DNA of 64,000 nucleotides from assembly GCA_963666835.2 (NCBI GenBank), contig CAXXGO010000003.1:96001-160000 (forward strand), in the 5' to 3' direction. This document shows positions 1 to 9,739 of the stretch, one piece after another. The notes below the pieces were generated by a model. It was not told the DNA's origin and searched no databases. It saw nothing but the letters and a program-made list of their open reading frames with translations. Origin of the DNA: Phycisphaerae bacterium. Lineage in GTDB: Bacteria > Planctomycetota > Phycisphaerae > UBA1845. The first letter of the stretch is position 1, and the number at the start of each line of letters is the position of its first letter. Position numbers and translations under genes: made by a program.

Positions 1-1202
1 CCTTCGTGAGCTGCTATTTCGAAACGATGAGTGGGCTAACCACGACCGGGGCAACGGTCTTGACCTCGATCGGGACTCTGCCGCGTAGCCTGTTGTTGTG
101 GCGGGCTCTTACCCACTGGCTCGGGGGGCTCGGTATCGTCGTGCTGTTCGTTGCGGTGCTACCGCTGTTGGGCGTCGGGGGCCGGCGGGTATTTCGAATC
201 GAGGCGCCGGGGCCGACGCCCGAGGGCGTTCGTCCGCGAATCCAGGACACCGCCCGGGCCCTCTGGCTAATCTACCTCGGTCTTACCATCCTCGAGATAG
301 TCGCCCTGATGGTCTGCGGAATGGGGCTGTTCGATTCTGTGTGCCACACCTTTGCCACATTGGCCACGGGGGGGTTCAGTACGCTTGACAGCAGCGTCGC
401 CGGGTTCGATTCGACGGCTGTTCATCTGGTCATCATCGTGTTCATGGTGTTCGCGGGCATAAACTTCGGTCTTTACCACCAGCTTCTGCAACGCAAGTGG
501 CGTAATGTCATCAAAGATCCCGAACTGCGCGTGTATGTCGGAATCATCGCCGTGGCGACCCTGATCGTCTTTGTCAGCCTCCTGCGCAGCCGGGCAACCG
601 CTACGCTGATGGGAGAGGAAGGCGCGTCGACCGGGATACTCCTGCGGGACGGGCTGTTTCAGGTGGTGTCGATCCAGACGACCACCGGGTTCTGCACGGC
701 CAACTTCGACGTCTGGGGTTTTACGGCTAAGGCGACCTTGCTGGCTCTGATGTTTGTGGGGGCGTCGGCCGGGTCGACCGGGGGCGGGATCAAGGTCGTG
801 CGGATCCTGGTCGCGGTGAAGGTGGTGCTTGCGGAGTTTGAGCACGTCTACCGGCGGAAGGTGGTTCGTAGCGTCAAGGTCGGCAAAACGACGATCGACT
901 CCGAGCTGAAATTGAACACCCTTGTTTACATAATCAGCATTGGAGTGCTATTCGGGTTGGGGACGCTTGCCCTGATGGTTCTGGAGGGGCACCAAGGCAT
1001 AGACATTACGACTGCGGCAACTGCGTCCGCCGCAACCTTGAACAACATCGGGCCGGGGCTGGCTCGGGTCGGCGCAACGCAGACGTATGCTTGGTTCTCG
1101 GAGCCCAGCCAGATCGTGATGAGCATTCTGATGCTACTCGGGCGGTTGGAGGTGTTTACGGTGGTCGTGCTTTTCTCGCCGCGGTATTGGCGAGGGGAAT
1201 AG
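1..1202 (+). CDS. trkH: Trk system potassium uptake membrane protein TrkH (5' end outside the window)
   Basis: Pore-loop motifs FETMSGLTTTGAT, ATLATGGFS, SIQTTTGF, GSTGGGIK, ATLNNIGPG; multiple TM segments; C-terminal MLLGRLE. Confidence 0.95.
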   Translation, partial: FVSCYFETMSGLTTTGATVLTSIGTLPRSLLLWRALTHWLGGLGIVVLFVAVLPLLGVGGRRVFRIEAPGPTPEGVRPRIQDTARALWLIYLGLTILEIVALMVCGMGLFDSVCHTFATLATGGFSTLDSSVAGFDSTAVHLVIIVFMVFAGINFGLYHQLLQRKWRNVIKDPELRVYVGIIAVATLIVFVSLLRSRATATLMGEEGASTGILLRDGLFQVVSIQTTTGFCTANFDVWGFTAKATLLALMFVGASAGSTGGGIKVVRILVAVKVVLAEFEHVYRRKVVRSVKVGKTTIDSELKLNTLVYIISIGVLFGLGTLALMVLEGHQGIDITTAATASAATLNNIGPGLARVGATQTYAWFSEPSQIVMSILMLLGRLEVFTVVVLFSPRYWRGE

Positions 1203-1298
1203 TCGGATTGCGTCGCCTGGACGTTGCGTCCGCATCGCGATAGCCTGCCGGTTAACGGCAATCCCAATAGGTTGCGTGAACGATGAAAGGAGATCGGC

Positions 1299-1661
1299 GT
1301 GGGCTTCATGAGTCTTCGGCGTTTTGATGTGCAGGCCAGACTGGCGCCGGTGGTTGCAGGTATCTCCGTGTTGCCCCTGGCGGGAGCCGGGTTTGGAGTC
1401 ATAAAGCGGTTCAACCGTGATCTCGGTCAGATTGTCTATGGCTCGGGGTCTTGGTTCGAGGTGGCGTTCATGGTCTGTGTGCTTTCCGCTATGCTGCTTG
1501 GCGGCGTGGCGTTCCTTCTGGGGTGGAGCAGTGCGGGCCAGCGGCGTAACGACAAGCCGACGCGTTCATGGGTGGGCTTTTTTCTGGGCGGCGCTGTCGC
1601 GACGTTCGGTCTGGTCTTGCTGATTGCTTTCTACATGCTCAGGTTGAAAACCTCCGCGTAG
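1299..1661 (+). CDS. hypothetical membrane protein (3 TM)
   Basis: AAGGAG RBS before GTG; three hydrophobic segments; co-oriented with neighbours. Confidence 0.7.
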   Translation: MGFMSLRRFDVQARLAPVVAGISVLPLAGAGFGVIKRFNRDLGQIVYGSGSWFEVAFMVCVLSAMLLGGVAFLLGWSSAGQRRNDKPTRSWVGFFLGGAVATFGLVLLIAFYMLRLKTSA

Positions 1662-1710
1662 GCTGCGCGCCGCCACGGGTTTGGTCCTTTCGTCCGTCGG
1701 ATGGAGAGTC

Positions 1711-2850
1711 ATGGCAGACAGGAAGAAGTCCGTGAATGCTCGGAAGATCCTGCACGAGATGCTTGCCATACCCACGGCACCTTATGCCGAGCATCTGGTC
1801 GCGCAGTATGTAGAGCAGTTTTGCGCGCGCCGAAAGGGCGTCACGCTTACGTGCGATCGGGTGGGCAACTTACTGGTTCGGGTCCGGCGGGGAGGGCGGC
1901 GTATCGCCCGACCGGTTTGCCTGACCGCTCATCTCGACCACCCCGGGTTTGTCTCGGAGCGAATGGTACGCCGGGACCGGCTCCGGGCGTTCTGGCGCGG
2001 GGGCGTGCTGAAAGACTACTTCGTCGGAACGGGCGTTCGTTTCGTCGTTGGCGACAAGTGGGTCCGCGGTTGCGTTCGATCGGTTAAGACGGCGGTACAT
2101 AACGGCCGGCGCCGGGTGGAGACTGCGGTAATAGATGTTCCGCAAGAAGTGCCCCCGGGCTCGCTTGGGATGTGGGATCTTCCCGAGCCGAGAGTTCGCG
2201 GCACCCGTATTTATGCGCGAGCGTGCGACGATATTGCCGGGGCGGCCGCTATGCTCGCCTGTATCGATGAGCTGGTCCGGCGGCGCCTGGCGGCGGATGC
2301 GTGTTTCCTGTTCACCCGGGCGGAGGAAGTCGGGTTTGCCGGGGCGATCGCCGCGGCGAATACCGGAACGATTCCGCGTAAGTGTGTGGTAGTGGCGATG
2401 GAGACCAGCTCCGAACTGCCCCACGCTCAGATGGGGGACGGGCCGATCCTGCGCGTGGGGGATCGCGCCAGCGTGTTCAATCCGGCCGTGACGATGCACT
2501 GTCAACGAGTTGCCGAGGATCTGGCCCGTACGGACCGGACCTTCAAGTACCAGCGCCGGTTGATGGATGGGGGAATGTGTGAGTCGTCCGCCTACTGTTG
2601 CCTCGGGTACGAGGCGACGGGCATCTGTCTGTCGCTGGGCAACTACCACAACATGGACGTGAAACGCGGCAAGATCGCCCCAGAGTACATCGACCTTCGG
2701 GACTTCGACAACGTCGTCAAGTGGTTTGTCGAGCTGTCCCGGGCGTCACGCCGCTATTCGGGGCGCGATGACGTCCTCATCCGGCAACTGGGCGAGATCG
2801 GAAAGACCAGTCGGAAGCTGCTCCGGACATCGCGGGATCGTCCTTGTTGA
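1711..2850 (+). CDS. M20/M28/M42-clan metallo-hydrolase (peptidase)
   Basis: Metal-binding motifs AHLDH, RACDD, RAEEVG, C-terminal NYHN; GGAG RBS before ATG 1711. Confidence 0.85.
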   Translation: MADRKKSVNARKILHEMLAIPTAPYAEHLVAQYVEQFCARRKGVTLTCDRVGNLLVRVRRGGRRIARPVCLTAHLDHPGFVSERMVRRDRLRAFWRGGVLKDYFVGTGVRFVVGDKWVRGCVRSVKTAVHNGRRRVETAVIDVPQEVPPGSLGMWDLPEPRVRGTRIYARACDDIAGAAAMLACIDELVRRRLAADACFLFTRAEEVGFAGAIAAANTGTIPRKCVVVAMETSSELPHAQMGDGPILRVGDRASVFNPAVTMHCQRVAEDLARTDRTFKYQRRLMDGGMCESSAYCCLGYEATGICLSLGNYHNMDVKRGKIAPEYIDLRDFDNVVKWFVELSRASRRYSGRDDVLIRQLGEIGKTSRKLLRTSRDRPC

Positions 2851-2878
2851 AAACCTCGTGCGTCGGCTGGGGGTGCGA

Positions 2879-3439
2879 ATGATAGAACGCTGCGGGTGGG
2901 CCGACAACGAGCTGCTGACTCAGTATCACGATGAAGAGTGGGGCGTGCCGGATCACGACGACCGGTCGTTGTTCGAGTTCCTCGTTCTCGAAGGTGCACA
3001 AGCCGGCCTCAGTTGGAATACGATTCTGCGGAAACGCGCGAACTACCGGGCGGCCTTCGACAACTTCGATATTACCAAGGTGGCACGATATGGGGCTCGC
3101 GAGATGAAGCGGCTGCTGGCCGATAGCGGCATCGTCCGCAATCGCCTCAAGGTAGACTCTGCGATAGTCAATGCCCGCGCGTTCCTCGGCGTACAAGGCG
3201 AGTTCGGGAGCTTCGACGCTTACCTCTGGCAGTTTGTCGGCGGTCAACCGATCAGAAACACCTGGCGCCGGCTCGAGGACATTCCCGCGCAGACTCTGGA
3301 ATCAAGCAAGCTGAGCAAGGACCTGAAGGCGCGCGGCTTCAAGTTTGTCGGGCCGACGGTTTGCTATGCCTTCATGCAGGCGACGGGTATGGTCAATGAC
3401 CATGTCACCGGTTGTTTCCGCCATAGCCAGATCGGTTAA
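2879..3439 (+). CDS. tag: DNA-3-methyladenine glycosylase I
   Basis: RCGW...YHDEEWG, LEGAQAGLSW, IVRNRLK, GFKFVGPT, MQATGMVNDH. Confidence 0.96.
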   Translation: MIERCGWADNELLTQYHDEEWGVPDHDDRSLFEFLVLEGAQAGLSWNTILRKRANYRAAFDNFDITKVARYGAREMKRLLADSGIVRNRLKVDSAIVNARAFLGVQGEFGSFDAYLWQFVGGQPIRNTWRRLEDIPAQTLESSKLSKDLKARGFKFVGPTVCYAFMQATGMVNDHVTGCFRHSQIG

Positions 3440-3466
3440 CCGAGGTATGCGCCCCAAATGACGGGA

Positions 3467-4508
3467 CCTGATTCTCTACCTCGCTCCGGTGGTTAACTCC
3501 TTTAATGTCAGTGGTTTGGCAGCTACGGCCGCGATAACAAGGCGATCGAAGAGTTTTGCTTCCATCCAGCGACGGTTGGCCCGATAGGTGAACGCGGCCA
3601 GGTAACGGTCGAGGTGTTTGGGCGAAACGCTGTGATATGTGCCCACAATCATCCGCTTCAGGTTGCCGATGAAGGTGTGAACCCAGGGGAAAATTTGAAC
3701 CGCATTCTTCCCACCGCCCGTCACGATTGCCTCGTGCTCGTACCCGGCCTTGGCCACTGAAACGTAACTTCCCCATCCGTCCGTCCGGAGACATGAGCCC
3801 TTCGCTACGTGTCTCGTCGTGAAACCCCTCAGGCTTCGAGCGTCGACGCTTTTCAGTCCCTGAATGGCGATTCGCTTAGGCCGGTCGTTCTCGTCAAGCT
3901 CGACGGCCACTCCCACTGGGACCTTCTTCTCCACTCCACGCCCCGGCCGACCCGGTTCCCGGCCGCCAACGTATGTCTCGTCGACCTCCACAAGTCCCTG
4001 CAGGACATAACGTTGGCATCGTTGACGCATGGCCTCGCGGAGCTTCTGCAGCATCATCCAGGCAGTCTGGTAGCAGACCTGAATCTGCTTAGCCAACGCC
4101 GTGGCCGCGAGGCCTTTCTTCGAGTGAGCCTCTTGATACATAGCCCAGAACCACTTCCAGAGCGGCACGCGGGCACCGTGAAACACCGTGCCGGCCGTCG
4201 GTGAGGTCTGATGGTGACACTCCCGGCACTCGACGAGCCCCCGGGTCGGGAGCCACCATCCGCGGCTATGCCCACAGTCCGGGCAGACGAACCGTTCCAG
4301 GTTCGGTCCCCAGCGAGCTTTACGCAGATACGCGGCACAGGCCGCATCATCTCCGAAGCGACGCATAAACGACGCTACATCCAAGATCTTGGGCACGGGA
4401 TGCTTCGGGCGAATCTCGTCAGACATGGCCGACCTCCTCCATGAACCATGAAATCGTAAGCCCTAACAAATACCGTACTTAGCCGCCGGAGTCAAGTAGA
4501 GAATCAGG
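3467..4508 (-). mobile_element. IS1595-family insertion sequence (1042 bp)
   Basis: 30-bp imperfect terminal inverted repeats beginning CCTGATTCTCTAC (3467-3496 / 4479-4508, 25/30 match); identical 8-bp flanking direct repeat TGACGGGA at 3459-3466 and 4509-4516. Confidence 0.95.
3476..4426 (-). CDS. IS1595-family DDE transposase
   Basis: N-terminal Zn ribbon CPDC...CREC; VEVDETY, LRTDG, PWVHTFIGNLK, YRANRR; stop codon lies inside the terminal repeat. Confidence 0.95.
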   Translation of the reverse strand: MSDEIRPKHPVPKILDVASFMRRFGDDAACAAYLRKARWGPNLERFVCPDCGHSRGWWLPTRGLVECRECHHQTSPTAGTVFHGARVPLWKWFWAMYQEAHSKKGLAATALAKQIQVCYQTAWMMLQKLREAMRQRCQRYVLQGLVEVDETYVGGREPGRPGRGVEKKVPVGVAVELDENDRPKRIAIQGLKSVDARSLRGFTTRHVAKGSCLRTDGWGSYVSVAKAGYEHEAIVTGGGKNAVQIFPWVHTFIGNLKRMIVGTYHSVSPKHLDRYLAAFTYRANRRWMEAKLFDRLVIAAVAAKPLTLKELTTGAR

Positions 4509-4577
4509 TGACGGGAAATTGTCGCTTCCTGCCCGGTCGGCGGCTCGATCTTCTAGAGGCGCGAGGGAACGGTCGGG

Positions 4578-6797
4578 CTACGGGGTTGATGGGGCTTCGA
4601 CCGGGTCGGTGGCGGTAAGGCGGCTTTCAGTGTCATCGAGCAAGGCTTCCCAGTCCTCACCGAACGGGTTGCTGGGGACCTTTCTCAGGCTTGTCAGCAA
4701 CGCACGGATGCGATCTGCGTCCTGAGGCCCCTGCAGCGTTGCCGCGTATCCGGCAATGCACGCCACCACCCGCCCGCGAACGGACTCGTCACCGTCAGAG
4801 GCGAGTCGCTCAACAGTCTCGGCTATCGGCGGTTCACCCGGACTGCGAAGCACGGCTTCCAGCCACCTCATACCGATGTCCGCAGCCCCGCTGCGGCGAT
4901 TCGCGACCGAAGATTCGTAGAGATTTCGCAAGTGGGAGACCGCTTCGCCGTACTTTCCTCTTCCCGTTAGCACCGTCGCCAAGCGGTCTTGAATGGCGGC
5001 AAGTTCCGGGCCGTGTCCGTTGGACGGCGGCAGGCCGGCGGACAGCTCCAGAAGATAGGTCTCCTCCAGCTCAGGCATCTCCCGCAGACGTTCGGATGAT
5101 TCGATCCGCTCGGCGAGGGGCTTTCTGCCGGCGACTTGGCGGAACGCGTTCCACGCAGCCTCGCGGACCGCATCGTTGGGTTCGACGGTCGGGCTCAGCC
5201 TGGTCAAAACACTCTCCAGATCGGCGTCTTCCGAACCGAACGCACCAATTGCATCAACGGCGTCCAGACGTACAAGCGGATCCCCGTGAGACATCAACGT
5301 TCGGAGCCGGGGCAATTGCGACTGATCGCCGATGGCGCTGAAGCCGCGGATGGCCGGTCGCAGTAGGCGGACCTCTTCGGAACCGAGGGCGGCTAAGAAC
5401 TCCGGGGCGAACGATGCGTCTCCGATTCCGGCCATCGCCGCGAGCAGGGCGGCTCGACCGGTAAAGTCGCCATTGCCGAGCGACTCGTAACGCTTCTTGA
5501 GCGCGGGGACCGCGGCCGCAAGCTCGCTGCGATCCTGGGATTGGGCAGCGACCTGCCCGAGGGCGACGGCCGCCTCGTGGAGGCATTCGGGTGGTGCTGA
5601 GGGATTGGCTATTTCCCGCACGAGAGCCGGGATGGCCTTAGGATCGTTCAATCGTCCAATCGCCCGGAGGACGGCATGCCGCATGGCGCCGTCGCTTTCA
5701 TTGCGGAGTTGCTCCAGCACCGCGTCGACGACCGCGGGGTCATTCAGGGTCTGAACGATCAACAACGTCTCGCGCCGGATTGCGGGTTCGCCCTCCTTCA
5801 AAAGGCGGAGCAGAGCGGCAAGCACCTCTCCGGTGGGGCGTTTACCCTCGTCTCCGATTCTGGCGCGGATGATTCCGAGAGCCGCACGCTTCACTTGCAC
5901 CAGGGGATCGTCCAGCCACGCGGCCAGCTTAGCGGCTCGTTCCTGCTCATTGTTGGTGGTGCGGAAGACCTCCCGCTGAAACTCGCCGAGCCGGTTGGCC
6001 AGCGCCGCGCGTTGTTGCTCGGCAGAATCACGATAGGCCGTAAACGCCTCCGCCAAGGAACGATGACGGTCTCGATGAATCTGCAACTGATCCGCAAGCC
6101 AGCGTTCTTCGCTGAGCTGAGATTTCTCTGCCCACCACTTCTTCCAACGATCCACATCAGCGCCGAAACCCTGGCGACACATCGGCTCCAGGACCGTTAC
6201 CACCCGATCGGTGATTTCCGGAACGCCGGCGTCCAGCAGAGTCATCAGTTCTCCAATGACTTCCCGGTGGTCGGCTTTGGAGGCGAGAGCGTCGATGGCC
6301 GCCAGCCGCTTGACGATCGTAATGTCCGGCCGGGCGGCCAGGCCGCAAAGCCGGGCGGATACCTCAGATCCCGGAAAGTCCGCCAACGCGTCGACGGCGG
6401 CCGCACGTAACCCGTCTTTCTCGGAATCGAGCAGCCGCAGCAACGGATCGATGAACGCGGTGGCAAGCCGCTCGGGGGTTGTGCGAGCGAACTGGGCGAT
6501 CACCCGGCAGAGATCTTCCTGCGCGGCGGGGTTTTCTGACGATTCCAGCAGTTCAACGACGAGCTGGCGGGCTTGGGGGGTGTCGAACGCCAGGAGGGTC
6601 TCGATCCACCTTTTGCGGTCTTGAGGGCGGGCGGCTACGTCGGTGATTCCCGCTCGGCAGTTCGCCAGTTGGGCAAGATGGTGGCTGTCTTCCTGGGTTT
6701 CGGGGGTGTTGTTGGCAATCGGCTCCGAAGCTCGGGCCGCACCGGAGGACGGGAACAGCAACAGCAGGATCAGAATGGTGGCACGCAAAGAAGACAT
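4578..6797 (-). CDS. exported HEAT-repeat protein
   Basis: Signal-peptide-like N-terminus (MSSLRATILILLLLFPSSGAARA); recurrent HEAT-type helices (LRAAAVDALADF, MRHAVLRAIGRL, VRLDAVDAIGAF); start codon uncertain. Confidence 0.8.
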   Translation of the reverse strand: MSSLRATILILLLLFPSSGAARASEPIANNTPETQEDSHHLAQLANCRAGITDVAARPQDRKRWIETLLAFDTPQARQLVVELLESSENPAAQEDLCRVIAQFARTTPERLATAFIDPLLRLLDSEKDGLRAAAVDALADFPGSEVSARLCGLAARPDITIVKRLAAIDALASKADHREVIGELMTLLDAGVPEITDRVVTVLEPMCRQGFGADVDRWKKWWAEKSQLSEERWLADQLQIHRDRHRSLAEAFTAYRDSAEQQRAALANRLGEFQREVFRTTNNEQERAAKLAAWLDDPLVQVKRAALGIIRARIGDEGKRPTGEVLAALLRLLKEGEPAIRRETLLIVQTLNDPAVVDAVLEQLRNESDGAMRHAVLRAIGRLNDPKAIPALVREIANPSAPPECLHEAAVALGQVAAQSQDRSELAAAVPALKKRYESLGNGDFTGRAALLAAMAGIGDASFAPEFLAALGSEEVRLLRPAIRGFSAIGDQSQLPRLRTLMSHGDPLVRLDAVDAIGAFGSEDADLESVLTRLSPTVEPNDAVREAAWNAFRQVAGRKPLAERIESSERLREMPELEETYLLELSAGLPPSNGHGPELAAIQDRLATVLTGRGKYGEAVSHLRNLYESSVANRRSGAADIGMRWLEAVLRSPGEPPIAETVERLASDGDESVRGRVVACIAGYAATLQGPQDADRIRALLTSLRKVPSNPFGEDWEALLDDTESRLTATDPVEAPSTP

Positions 6798-7150
6798 CCT
6801 CCCGGGCGGCGGTCGCCTCGATCGGTTTGGCGACCAACGAACATCCAACCTGGAGCACCAAGGCCCAACAACACAGTTGTACAGATGCCCGGTTGCAGAT
6901 GCAACGGCCCAGCGGCATTCCCTTGCATGATTCGCCCGACCTGCAACTGGGGCCGCCTGTTTTGCTTAACGGTCGGAAACCGGGGGATTCTGAAGAAGGA
7001 TCGTTTGAATTACCAACGCGGAGCGGGTTGTTCCGGCAAGCGGTCTTGCAGTAGGATGTCTGACGGTCTGACCGGGACGGCCCGGTTGCTGGACCGGCGT
7101 CCCATGAGGGGCGACGAGTTTCAAGGACATTACGGATGGAGGCTGGGCGC

Positions 7151-7414
7151 ATGTGCGGGCACTGTGACGAAGGTTCGAAGGATTCTAAGCCACTGTACGA
7201 CCGCGTAGCGGCGGTATGCGACAAGATCCGTCCGATGCTTCAGGCGGACGGCGGCGACCTCGAGTTGGTTGACGTGGACGACGAAGGTGTAGTCTCGGTG
7301 CGGCTGCGGGGGGCTTGCGTGGGCTGCCCGTCGGCTTCCGTGACGCTGACGTTGGGGGTCGAGCGGCATTTGAAGGAGCAGATCCCGGAGGTCAAGCGGG
7401 TGGTCTCGGCCTGA
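7151..7414 (+). CDS. NifU C-terminal domain (Nfu-type Fe-S carrier) protein
   Basis: IRPMLQADGGDLELV...LRGACVGCPS; GGAGG RBS before ATG 7151. Confidence 0.92.
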   Translation: MCGHCDEGSKDSKPLYDRVAAVCDKIRPMLQADGGDLELVDVDDEGVVSVRLRGACVGCPSASVTLTLGVERHLKEQIPEVKRVVSA

Positions 7415-7424
7415 GAGACCCGGC

Positions 7425-8309
7425 CTACCGACCGTCGACGGCCTGTCGGATAGCCCGGATGTGCTCCGGCGTGGTCCCGCAGCATCCGCCGATGATGGAC
7501 ACGCCGGCGGCTAAGAACTGAGTGGCGCAATCGGCCATGAAACTCGCGGTTTCTGAGTACGTGGTTTGATCCCCCGTTTGCACGGGGAGGCCCGCGTTGG
7601 GCTGGATGATCCGCGGAAGTTCGGTGTGGGTCTGGAACTCTCTGGCAACTTTGAGCATTCCCTCGGAACCGTTGCCGCAGTTGGAGCCGAGCACATCGGC
7701 CCCCGCCCGGCGCAGGCCTTTGGCGGCCTGCTCGATATTGACGCCCATGATCGTGTGGAACCCCCGCGGCGTGGCGTCGAAGGCCATCGTGGCCATGACT
7801 GGGAGGGACGGGGCGATGTCCTTGGCTGCCTCAATGGCCAGGGCCGCCTCCCGCAGATCGACCATTGTCTCGACACAGATCACGTCGACTCCAGCGTTGA
7901 CCATGCTGTTGATTTGCCGGCGGAACCCCTCGGCGACAGCATCCGGCTCGGTGTCACCATACGGTTTGAGCAGCGCTCCGCAGGGGCCGCATGATCCGCA
8001 GACATACGCGCGGTCTTTCGCCACCGCGCGGACCGCTTGGACCGCGCGCTCTACAATCCTTTCGGTCTGATCTTCAAGACCGTAGCAGGCGAGTTTCAGC
8101 GGCGACGCCCCGAAGGTGTTCGTCTGGAGCAGCTCTGCGCCGGCGTCGAGGTAAAGCGCTGCAATCTCCTCCAGGATCTCCGGGCGCTCGAGGTTGACGG
8201 TTTCCGGGCAACTCCCCGGGCGAAGGCCGCGTTCGAACAGCATCGTCCCGATCGCTCCATCTGCCACCAGGACGTCGCCCGTGGTGATCCGTTCGAGCAA
8301 GGGAGTCAT
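7425..8309 (-). CDS. homocysteine S-methyltransferase domain protein (stand-alone MetH Hcy-binding module)
   Basis: DGAIGTML, TNTFGAS, ETM, Zn ligands GSNC and GGCCGTTPEHI, QPNAGLP. Confidence 0.93.
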   Translation of the reverse strand: MTPLLERITTGDVLVADGAIGTMLFERGLRPGSCPETVNLERPEILEEIAALYLDAGAELLQTNTFGASPLKLACYGLEDQTERIVERAVQAVRAVAKDRAYVCGSCGPCGALLKPYGDTEPDAVAEGFRRQINSMVNAGVDVICVETMVDLREAALAIEAAKDIAPSLPVMATMAFDATPRGFHTIMGVNIEQAAKGLRRAGADVLGSNCGNGSEGMLKVAREFQTHTELPRIIQPNAGLPVQTGDQTTYSETASFMADCATQFLAAGVSIIGGCCGTTPEHIRAIRQAVDGR

Positions 8310-8354
8310 AGTTCTGTCATCCGTTACCTAAAGGCGTAAAGGCGCGAACGAGTC

Positions 8355-8993
8355 CTAGTCCTCGCAGATCAGATCCTTAACCCGGTCGACGGCGCTGGCG
8401 GCATCGAAGCCGTAGGCGTCGGCGCCGATCTCTCGGGCGAAACTCTCCGATACCGGCGCTCCCCCGATGATGACCTTGAAGACCTGTGCGGGCTTGCCGC
8501 GCTTGTTGAGTTCCACGACCTTCTTCATAGCGGGCATCGTCGTAGTGAGCAGGGCGGACATCCCAATCACGTTGGCTTCGTGCTCGGCGGCGGCTTCGAG
8601 GAAACGCTCCGGAGTCACATCGTTGCCTAGGTCGATAACCTCGAAGCCGGCGCCCTTCAGCATGATGCCCACGAGGTTCTTACCGATGTCGTGAAGATCG
8701 CCCTGGACCGTTCCGATGACCACCTTGCCTTGGGGTGGGATACCTTCCTTAACCAGCAGGGGCTGGAGCAGGTCTAGCCCGGTGTGCATGGCCTTGGCGG
8801 CCATCAAGACGTCCGGCAGGAAGATCTCGTGGGCTTTGAACTGCTCCCCCACGAGCGTCATTCCGGCGATGAGGCCTTCGTCCAGTATCCGCTGGGCGTC
8901 GACCGCCCCGTCAATTGCCTGCATGGTGTGCTCGGCGACCTTCTCGCTGTAACCGAGCTGCACACTCTTTCTAATCTCTGGCAACGTATCCAA
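8355..8993 (-). CDS. corrinoid (cobalamin-binding) protein
   Basis: B12-binding motif GDLHDIGKNLV, MSALLTTTM, GGAP; N-terminal cap with FLPDVLMAA. Confidence 0.95.
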   Translation of the reverse strand: MDTLPEIRKSVQLGYSEKVAEHTMQAIDGAVDAQRILDEGLIAGMTLVGEQFKAHEIFLPDVLMAAKAMHTGLDLLQPLLVKEGIPPQGKVVIGTVQGDLHDIGKNLVGIMLKGAGFEVIDLGNDVTPERFLEAAAEHEANVIGMSALLTTTMPAMKKVVELNKRGKPAQVFKVIIGGAPVSESFAREIGADAYGFDAASAVDRVKDLICED

Positions 8994-9025
8994 GACAACT
9001 CTCCTTCAGAGCGGCATGTGGCGCA

Positions 9026-9739
9026 CTACTTCGCCAACAAGCCGCGGATTCTCCGGCGACATTCGCCCGTCTTGCACGCTCCGCATAACGGGTACGTGTT
9101 GCAGAAGTCGTGAATCTCGGCCGGTCCGGAGATGATCACTCCTGACACGGACTTCAACGGTTGCATCAGGTGACTTTCGTTCAGCGAAACCCCAATCTTA
9201 CCCGGCTCAAGATGCTCGAAGAGCTTCTCCTGCCCCGTAATGTGCCAACCGCAATAGCCGGGGCTGTAGCGGAGGACCGCCGATCCCGGTGCTAGCTTCC
9301 CGGCACCAGCGAGCGCGTCGGCGAAGTACCTCTCCGCCAACTCCGCCAATCGGTCCGCGGCCACCGACGCGGCTGAATCCAGCATAGCCCCAAGCGCGAA
9401 GTCATTCGATCCGAATAGCTCCTTGATTATCTGCCCCACACGATCGCCAAGCGTGACCGCGAACAACGCCAGATTCTCCCCGCGCGGAAAGATGTCTCCG
9501 ACCGGCGTGTGGGGTTCGTTCCGGCCCTCGCCGCGGTATATCTCGGCGAAGACGTCGCGCGCGACGGGCCGGACGATTCCTGCGGGAACCGCATGTTTCT
9601 TGAGCAACTCCAGTGAGGTCTTCCCGGCGGCGGATACGTCCTCGGCGACTCCGGTGCCGGGCGGGACACCTTGGCCGGCCAGTACCGCGGCGACATCGGG
9701 AAGCACTTGCTCCGCTGTTACGTTCAGAAGTTCGTTCAT
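9026..9739 (-). CDS. B12-dependent methionine synthase activation (SAM-binding) domain protein
   Basis: FAVTLG, RYSPGY, M(Q)PLKSVSG motifs; C-terminal CxxCxxxxC; ATGA overlap with upstream gene. Confidence 0.85.
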   Translation of the reverse strand: MNELLNVTAEQVLPDVAAVLAGQGVPPGTGVAEDVSAAGKTSLELLKKHAVPAGIVRPVARDVFAEIYRGEGRNEPHTPVGDIFPRGENLALFAVTLGDRVGQIIKELFGSNDFALGAMLDSAASVAADRLAELAERYFADALAGAGKLAPGSAVLRYSPGYCGWHITGQEKLFEHLEPGKIGVSLNESHLMQPLKSVSGVIISGPAEIHDFCNTYPLCGACKTGECRRRIRGLLAK

